NCBI RefSeq assembly: GCF_009914755.1
Contig: NC_060929.1
Strand: one strand, 5' to 3'
DNA: 64,000 nucleotides
Source: the human T2T-CHM13v2.0 reference genome, Homo sapiens
In this document: positions 54,290 through 64,000 of the stretch, in pieces
Position numbering within the stretch: position 1 is the first letter of the stretch
Layout of the letters: the number at the start of each line of letters is the position of its first letter
Made by a program: the position numbers and the translations under genes
The notes under the pieces: model-generated
Seen by the model: only the letters and a program-made list of their open reading frames with translations
The model's database searches: none
What the model was told of the DNA's origin: nothing

Positions 54290-55085
54290 AGAGACAGTCT
54301 CCAACGATCTGTAATCCTCATGTGCATTTCCTCCTGGTATTTATGTACCTGTATAGTCCTCTCTGACATGGAGTAGGGTGAACCTGTGACCAATAAGAAT
54401 ATTGTAGAAATCATGGAGTGTGACTTCCAAAAACTCTTCACCTTGTGTTCTCTTGGATTGTTCACTCTGTGGAAAGCCAGTTATCAGATCACACGGACAT
54501 TCAAGCAGAGGCCCAGATAGAAAGGTACCGATTCCGAGAACATATGGGTGAGCTCATTTTCTAGGCCCAGTCAAGATTTCAGAAGATGACATCCCTGCCA
54601 ACACTTCTTGAAAGTGACCTCATAAGAGACCCTGAACCAAAACCACCCACTTACGTGGCTTCTAATTTCTTGATCCACAAAAGTGATGCAACATATTAAA
54701 CACTGGTTGTTATTTAAGCTGTCAAGTTTTGGAGTAATTTGTTATGCAGTGCCATGGCCTAAATGCTTTTGTCTCCCCAAAAGTCATATGTTAAAACCTA
54801 ATTCCCAATGTGATAGCAGTGAGAGATGGGAAATTTGGGAGGTGATTAGGTCATGAGAGTGAAGCCCTCATGAATGGCATTAGTGCTTTTATACAAGAGG
54901 CCTCCCAAACAGCTCCCTCTGCCCCTCTGCCTCTGAGGACACAGGAGAAGGTACCAGGAGGTGAGTTATGGATATCCCAGCTTCCAAAACTGTAAATTAC
55001 TATTGTTTGTAAGCTAGCTAATTCATGGCCTTTTGCTATAGCAGCCTGATTGTACTAAGCTATGCAGCAACAAGAAACTGATACA
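54290..55085 (+). mobile_element. MLT1F-type LTR, interrupted
   Basis: gagtgtgacttcc...ggaaagccagtt...gtaatttgttatgcag, resuming as caacaagaaactgataca after the nested LTR. Confidence 0.75.
54750..55062 (+). mobile_element. MLT1A/MST-type LTR nested in MLT1F
   Basis: tgccatggcctaaatg...tatagcagcctgattgtactaagcta with 5-bp TSD tgcag (54745-49, 55063-67). Confidence 0.8.
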
Positions 55086-57734
55086 ATATAAAATATATTT
55101 GTGTATGTTAATATTGATACAAATTGTGTTAATAAGTACACTAGAATTAGTACCATAGTGAGAAAAGTTTTCCCCAAATAGCGTTTGCATATATCCACAT
55201 TATTTCTAGACACAAGGAATTGCTGAATCACACAGAGGGACTTCAAAAAGAAAGGACCAAATTGTATTTTCAGGACCACATAGACTGACACAGCTTGATA
55301 ATGACTTTAAAAAGCATTCCTAGTTTGTAAGCAGAGGTTATTTACACACATATACATACATTCATTTTCTCTCTCTTTCTCTCTCTCTCTCCTACAAGAT
55401 TATTTAGCCTCACATTACAACAGATTCAGGGGGAATATTAGGGAGGCACAACTGTAGGGGAACTTCAGTCTTGCTTATTTGTACTGAGTGGTAGAGACTA
55501 TTTAAGGAAGATTTATGGAAGTTAATGTGACTTTTCAGCACTTGTTGTTTGTTATTTTTGCTCACCTAAATTCTCTTTTAGGAAGCTATTGTTGCTAAAA
55601 TGTGGTGGAAATTGATTTCCAGTGAAAACATATATTTAGCCTCCTGTTATTTTTAACTCATTATCTCATATTGAAAAACTCCTATATTAAAGATCAGAGG
55701 TGGGAAAGTAAACAAGCAGCATGTTCTATGATTTTACAGAAGTAATTTGCATTGTCAAACCTATCATTATCACCTTGCATACCCGCTATCTTTTTGCTTT
55801 TCTTGCATTTTAAAAATTATTTATCTTAAAATAGACTGTACTGATTGAAAAGTAAGAGATTTTATATTTATTTCTTTTTTAAAGAGAGATGCAAGGGCTC
55901 CATAATTTCTAATAACCCTCAAACACATTAAAGAATCAAGAATCTCTAGAAAAAATCCACTGATATTTTAAAATTGGATCTATTTTAGTTTTTAAACTTC
56001 CTCTTTTAGGTGAAAGACTACAGTATTTCAATGTAAACATATCAAAAATTTAATAACCACTTGACTATTTGGATGCCATTGTTAATAGAAGTGATATGTT
56101 CATATGAATACAGGTTTTTCTACAAAACTCAGGATACTTTAACCAGTTAAATAGATACATTTCACATGTCTACTGAGTATTCTAATACATACTTAATATG
56201 AGAAATAGACATAGTAAACAAATGGCATATTAAGAAAATGACAAGATCATAAGTCACTAGGATTAAGTAAATGTCTGGCTACCTAAAAAAAAAGATTTCT
56301 AAATTCATAAATTGGATTATTTAAATTATTAAAATAAACATATACTGAAGTTCCTGTAACAGCAACTTATTCTTTATATTTTTGTGAAGATATTTTCTAT
56401 TATTATAGAAAATTAAGAAACCATATGTGCATTGTGAGCTGAATAAAATTGCATTTGTTTTGGTTGTCATACAGCATTTTACAAATGAGTTCCCATTTAT
56501 CTTCATAGCTGTTTGTACAAGCATTTGGGGCTAGAAAGTCAGTAACATTTGACCTCTGAACATTTCTATCTTTTCTCAGACTTGTTCAATGTTAGTGAAC
56601 ATCAAAGAGTAATTTATCACTATGTCACACTTGCCTGAAGAATTTCTTAGGGTCTCAAGAAGAATGATGAGGTTAGTCTTTAAGTCCTGAAAATTCCTGA
56701 AGGTGAATTTTTCTCTCTGATGTACACAGATAATTCTGTCTTTGCTGAAGATTTGCTCCTGTGTCTTTGTTCTCATTGCAAATGTTTAGGTTTTAGGTTG
56801 CCTATTCAATATTTCCTTTTTAATGGAACCTTGGATCTAAATGCTCACTTGAACACTGCTCTATGTAGTAGATATTTTGGCCTAAATCTGGATTATGTTC
56901 ACTGCTGGGATAGAGGCATGTTGGCTGAATTTATGGGAAAAATCCAGCTGAAGTTTTTATTATAGTGTCAATCAGGGAACAGAACTGAGATTCTCCCTGA
57001 GAAGAAACTTGAGCTGAAATAGGTAGATTTTTGATGGAATGTCTTGCAAACTGGTAAGGCTTTCAATAAAAGTCTGTGTTGCCAGGAAGTATAAGAAGAA
57101 GCCACAAATGCTGAACTTGATCTTGTTTAAGATCATACTTTTTATAAATGAGTGGTTTTTCTGATGAAAGCATTGGGCTTACTTGAATTTGTCTTAGCTG
57201 TAAGACTGTGAGTCTTAAAAGAGCAAAGGGTCTGAGAGTTAAAAATGATCAAGTTCTAAACCTCCCAGCAGTTCCAAACGACCCAGCAATTTCACTCCTG
57301 GGTATTGATCCCAGAGAAATGAAAACTTATGTTCACACAGAGACCTCTACACAAATGTTGATAGCAGAGTTATTTGTTATAACCTGGATCTGAAAATAAC
57401 TGAAGTGTCCTTCCACAGGTGAATCACTAAATAAACCATACAGCCATACCACAACGAAATGGCTCAGCAATAAGAAAATAGACTATTTATAAACATAACA
57501 CTCGGATGAATCTCCAGAGAATTATGCTAAATGAAATAAGCCAAACCCCAAAGGTTACATATTAAATGACTTTACTTATATAACATGATTGAAATGACAA
57601 AGATACAGAGTTGGAAAACAGGTAAGTAATTTCCAGGGGTGAGGGGACCAGTGAAAAGCAGTTGAGACTGAGGTAGACATGGTAAAAGGGGCTGTTCTGT
57701 ATTCTGACTGTGATGGTAGCTACACAAATCTAAA

Positions 57735-58494
57735 CGTGGAAGACTGAAAAATGGTCCCCAGAAAACATCCATGCTTCAATCTCTGCAACCTGTGTCGCAT
57801 TATTTGGGGAAAAAAAAAATGGTCCTTGCAGATATGGTTAAATTAAAAATTTTAAAATAAAGAGCTTGGTCGGACGCAGTGGCTCACACCTGTAATCCCA
57901 GCACTTTGGGAGGCCAATGCGGGCAGATCATCTGACGTCAGGAGTTTGAGACCAGCCTGGCCAACATGGTGAAACCCCTTCTCTACTAAAAGTACAAAAA
58001 AATTATCAGGGCATGGTGGTGGCAGCCTGTAATCCCAGCTACTTTGCAGGAGAATCATTTGAACCCAAGAAGCGGAGGTTGCAGTGAGTCGAGAACACAT
58101 CATTGCACTCCAGCCTGGGCAACAAGAGTAAAACTCCCTCTCAAAAAGATAAAAATAAATAAATAAAATAAAGAGCTTATCCTAGATTACTTGGGTGAGA
58201 CCTAAATACCATCATAAACCTCCTTCTAAGAGAGAGGCAAGGGGCTAGGTACACACATAAAAGATGAGGCTGTGTGATCACAGAGGAAGAGATTGGCATG
58301 CAATGACACCAGCCACTGGGAGCTGGAAGGCCAAAGAACAGATTCTTCCCTAGAGCCTCCAAAGCGAGCACAGCCTGGCAAACACCTTGAATTTGGTTTA
58401 GTGATACTGACTTTGGACTTCTGGTATCCAGAACAGTGAAAACCAATTTCTAGCATTTTAAGCCACTGAATTGACGGAAATCTGTTACTAATTA
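57735..58494 (+). mobile_element. MLT1D-type LTR, split by an Alu
   Basis: gtggaagactgaaaaatggtcccc...gattcttccctagagcctcc...ttttaagccact. Confidence 0.8.
57869..58165 (+). mobile_element. AluS with a small right-arm deletion
   Basis: TSD aaataaagagctt on both sides; cagctactttgcaggagaat lacks the gggaggctgag segment. Confidence 0.94.
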
Positions 58495-58789
58495 CTATAT
58501 GTGTGATAATATTGCATAGAAACACAAATAAATACATATGCAAACGAGTACATGTAAAATTAAGGACATCTGAGTTAGATTGGTGGACTATATTACTACC
58601 AATTTTGTGGTTTTCATATTGCATTATAACTTTACAAGATAGAAGTTAGGAAATTAGAGAAATGGGTTAAAGAGTACATGGGATTTCTCTGTGTTACCTT
58701 AGATTTGCATGTGAATCTATACTTATCTCAAAATTAAAATTTAATTTAAAAGATGATAGAGTTGTTTCATTGTTAGAAAGAAACAAACA

Positions 58790-59840
58790 GTAGAATATCT
58801 TCATGACTTTAGTGTTTGCAAAGATATCTTAAAAACAATGCAGAAAAGCATATTAATCATAAGGAAATATGTTAAGGTAAAATATATTAAACTAAGAAAT
58901 ATAATTCCTTAAAAGAAACACCCATTAATAGAATGAAAAAGCAATCTAAGGGTGAAATAATATATTTGCCATACAATTTATATGACAAATTCCTCATATA
59001 AAGAGTTTCTACAAAACAATTAAAAAGCCACAGTGAAAAAAAGAAATGGGCAAAATGTTTAAACCGAATGTCTTCACTAGAGTGATATCCCATATTGTTG
59101 CTAAACATATAAAACAATGATGAAATTTATTAATTATCAAGGAAATGTGAATGAAGACCACAAGGTGATACCACTATATACTCAGCAGAATGGCTGAAAT
59201 TTAAAAGACACATAATACTATACATTAGTCAGGTTGTGGACAAACTACAATTTTCTTACATTGCCCACACATTTAAGTTGGTGTATGCAATATGAAAAAC
59301 TACTCAGCAATATCTACTAAAACTGAATATACATATACACTATGATTCAATAATTCTACTGATGAAGCCAACAGAAATAAGTACATATATTTTTCCAAAG
59401 GCACATACACGTATACCTAGAGCAACAATTTTTACAATAATCCTAAACTGAAAAAAAGCCAAATGTTCATCATTTGAATAGTTAAATACTCCTGTATTCA
59501 TACATATCAATATTATACAGCAATAATCATGAAATAATTACAACTATATGCACCATTATGAATGGTGCTAAATGAAAGAAAAAAAGAGAGTCCATAGTGA
59601 ACAAGACTATTTATTTGAAATTCAAAATCTGGTAAATTAATCTATGAAAGTAGAAGTCAGGAACCTTGTAGGGGGTGAACAGCAATTAGCATAGCATAAT
59701 TTTGTATTTTGATGCAATTCTGTTTCTTTATCTGGATGAAGGGAACATGGGTGAGTTCACTCCATGAAAAGTCATTGAGTCGTACTTATGATATGTATGC
59801 TTTTCTATATGCATGTGATGCTTCAATTTTTAAAAATGTG
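58790..59840 (+). mobile_element. L1ME-type 3' fragment
   Basis: aaatgggcaaaatgtttaaac...gataccactatatactcagcagaatggctgaaatt. Confidence 0.7.
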
Positions 59841-60514
59841 TTTCTTTCTGTACCTATTCTGAATGTTCTTTAGTTCCAGAAACTATACTAAAGAGATTGC
59901 AATGCATTTATAGACTTGGGAATTATTTTTCTCTATATTATTTTATTTATCTCTGTATTATTTTCTCTATGTTATTTATTTCTCAATAGTATTTTAATAT
60001 CCAAGAGTATGCCATATCTTTTCATTATGTAATATTTATTCCTTTAAGAACAGCTTTTCAGTATTTATTTAATGTAGGTCATACAAAATTGGTGGTCACA
60101 TGATTTTCCTATTTTACATGTAGTCCAATCATTGTTCTTATAGTTAAAAAAAAACTTTTTAATATACCATGTCTTCTAATTGGTTAATAGTGATATATAG
60201 GCAATATTTTCCAAATTTCAGGGTGCCTTTTATAAAATTAATCAAGAATGTTCTTCATGAATACATTTAGAGAGATTCATCCAGCTCTGCTTATTGAAAA
60301 TTTAGCAGAGGGGATTACTAATAAAGGGTTAGTTTTTTTTAAAAAAAGGGTATGTCCATGTAAAGGAATAATATGGAGTGAGTAAAAATCATTCAGTATA
60401 TGAATTCTTAATTATATATGGAAAATAAGAAGAAATTAAGAAGAAATTATATGTGGAAAATAAGAAATCATTACTAAGTGAAACAGCAGATTACAAATTA
60501 AAGTTTTACAAAAA

Positions 60515-61920
<1,406 letters not shown>

Positions 61921-61924
61921 ATGA

Positions 61925-62420
61925 TGTTAAATGAAATAAGCAGGCATAGAAGACAAATATCAGGTAATCTCACTCAAATGTGAAACTGAAAATGTTGTTC
62001 TCACAGATACAGAGAGTAGAAGAGTGATTACCAGAAGAAGGGGAGGGGAGGAAGGAGAGAGGGAGGGAAGTGATTTGTCAGTGGGTACATACAAAATTAC
62101 AGTCAGAAATAAATTTTGACATTCTATTGCATAGTAGTATGACTACTGTTAACAATAGCGTATATTTTAAATAGCTAGAAGAGTGGTTTTTGAATGTTCT
62201 CATAACAAATAAATGATAAATGTTTAAGCTGATGGATATTTAATGATTACACAATGTATACATGTATCAAACCCTGATTCGATCATTGCACAATGTATAC
62301 ATGTATCAAACGATAATTTGACAATTACACAATGTGTACATGTATTAAAACATCATCTTGCACTTCATACATATGTACACTTATGTGTCTATAATAAATT
62401 TTTAAAGTTGAAAAATAATA
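61925..62420 (+). mobile_element. Second L1MA 3'UTR fragment
   Basis: gaaataagcaggcatagaagacaaatatc...aatagctagaagag...tgaatgttctc...aaatgataaatgttt. Confidence 0.8.
62246..62350 (+). repeat. 39-bp period triplication inside the L1MA 3'UTR
   Basis: attacacaatgtatacatgtatcaaa-like core at 62246, 62285 and 62324. Confidence 0.9.
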
Positions 62421-64000
62421 AACAAGATATTGCCAAGCTTTCAAAAATTATGTATGGTATAATTCCACTTACATACACATAATTTTTAAAAGAATGAATG
62501 GATATATACCAATTTTTAACAATTATAAAACATTAGTGTTTTGCTTATGGTTACTTTTGTCTTACTATTTTCAATTATTTGTTCTCCTGAGTTTTAAAAA
62601 TAAACTTTAGCACTAAGATTTTATAAGCTATTATGTTTTCAGTGGAAATCTGCCTTTTTATCCTCTTTGAATAAAAACATGAATTTTTAAAAATATCAGT
62701 AAAGACGAGCCTTCCAAGAATATCATGTGTCTAAGTGGAAAAAATTAACAACTTAGGAATCAAGCAAAGCGGGTTGAAATCCTGACTTGCCTAGTGTGGC
62801 CTTGTGCCCTGCGAAATCTATTTAACTTCTCTGAGATTTAACTTACTCCTTTATAAAATTTGGAAAATTAAATTGTAACTTTGGATTTGGTGAGTATATC
62901 ACTGTCTGGTTATTATTACTATTTTCTTTATTATTAATATAGTGGAGACACTTTTGGGAATGATGTTTTGATATAACTCTGACTACTTTAAATATAAATC
63001 AATGTATTATACTTTTAAAAGTAGATATTTTATTTTACTCTTATGTAATTATGTTTTAAATGCCATTGATAATTTTAGTGAAGAATAAACTTTTAATAAT
63101 TTTATAAATTTTAACATCAGTAACAGAAGAAAATATATAATTCAGTATTTTCATTTTTGTTGCATGACTAGTTTTCTTGTTCATTGTCTCCAAGACATCT
63201 TTCTTCATGAGCCAAACTAATAATCCCTTAATTTATCCACTTACATTTGAATTCCTTACATTAATTACATTGGAAGCAAAATTAGCTTTTGAGAATGTCT
63301 TAAAACTCTACTATGGATAGTCCCAAGTTTCAAAAGGTCTGGACTTTTCACTGAGTTGGGAACAAATAAGTCTTCAGGTATGATGTGATGTATCTTAGAA
63401 ATATATTTAATAATGTTCTAAAAATAAATGTTCACATAGGCATTAAAATATCTATGAACCATAAAGTTGGAATATATTTCCTGATAGAATTTATAATATT
63501 AGATGCAGATATTTTTAAAATAAAATTTTAGACTCAAAATGAAACTCAATATTTATATTTTCCATATTATGGCAATTTGTGAAATAAATAGTAACTCACC
63601 ATTACCACCCAATTATTGAATACTTTTTTCACTTATGATATATAATATATAAAATGACTTAATATACATCTCAGCATCTCATTCAATAACTAAATAAATA
63701 ATAATAGAATTATTTTAATAGAAATAATACTAAGTTCCTTTGTCTCTGAAAACATCATGATACTCTAAATAAATGTTTACCATGCGTATCATTACCTTAA
63801 ATAACTCTACCATTTTTTCTTGTATCAAAAAAACATGTACATTAAATCACATGTTAATTCATTACCTGTTCTTATAAAAATGTGAGAGCAATACTGACGT
63901 CAATTTTAACATATTCGTAATACTCAATGAATAAATGTAGTACTTTACATGTGACAAAACATATAGGGAAGCAGTCTGTAACGGTAGCATGGTAGTCTTA

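Larger units (their letters stand above)
57255..58750 (+). mobile_element. L1MC-type 3' end, split by MLT1D
   Basis: gacccagcaatttcactcctgggtatt...gaaatgaaaacttatgttcacac; resumes at ~58500 and ends ttgcatgtgaatctatacttatctcaaaattaaa. Confidence 0.8.

Noticed and set aside
62246-62350. CRISPR-like array
   Set aside because: Eukaryotic DNA, only three units, linkers of 12-13 bp that are related to L1 sequence, no cas genes.

Overview
Primate (almost certainly human) AT-rich genomic DNA. The only supportable gene content is one minus-strand exon (656-1139) of the type II cadherin gene CDH18. It carries 256 nt of 5'UTR and the first 76 codons (signal peptide, prodomain, RPKR furin site, start of EC1). 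The rest (1140-64000) reads as one large upstream intron filled with Alu, L1, L2/MIR, MaLR/ERV LTRs, DNA-transposon relics and microsatellites; nearly all other ORFs in the track are repeat artefacts. I found no novel multi-gene system, RNA gene or CRISPR array. The observations most worth following up are: seven upstream AUGs in the 5'UTR part of the exon; a ~300-bp inverted local copy of a MER4-type LTR segment; a TSD-bounded chimeric L1 insertion carrying ~200 bp of non-L1 sequence; a local duplication that preserves an Alu empty site; and a cluster of perfect AT-rich palindromes. Repeat subfamily names come from recalled consensus sequences and need RepeatMasker/Dfam confirmation. Identities were counted by eye.
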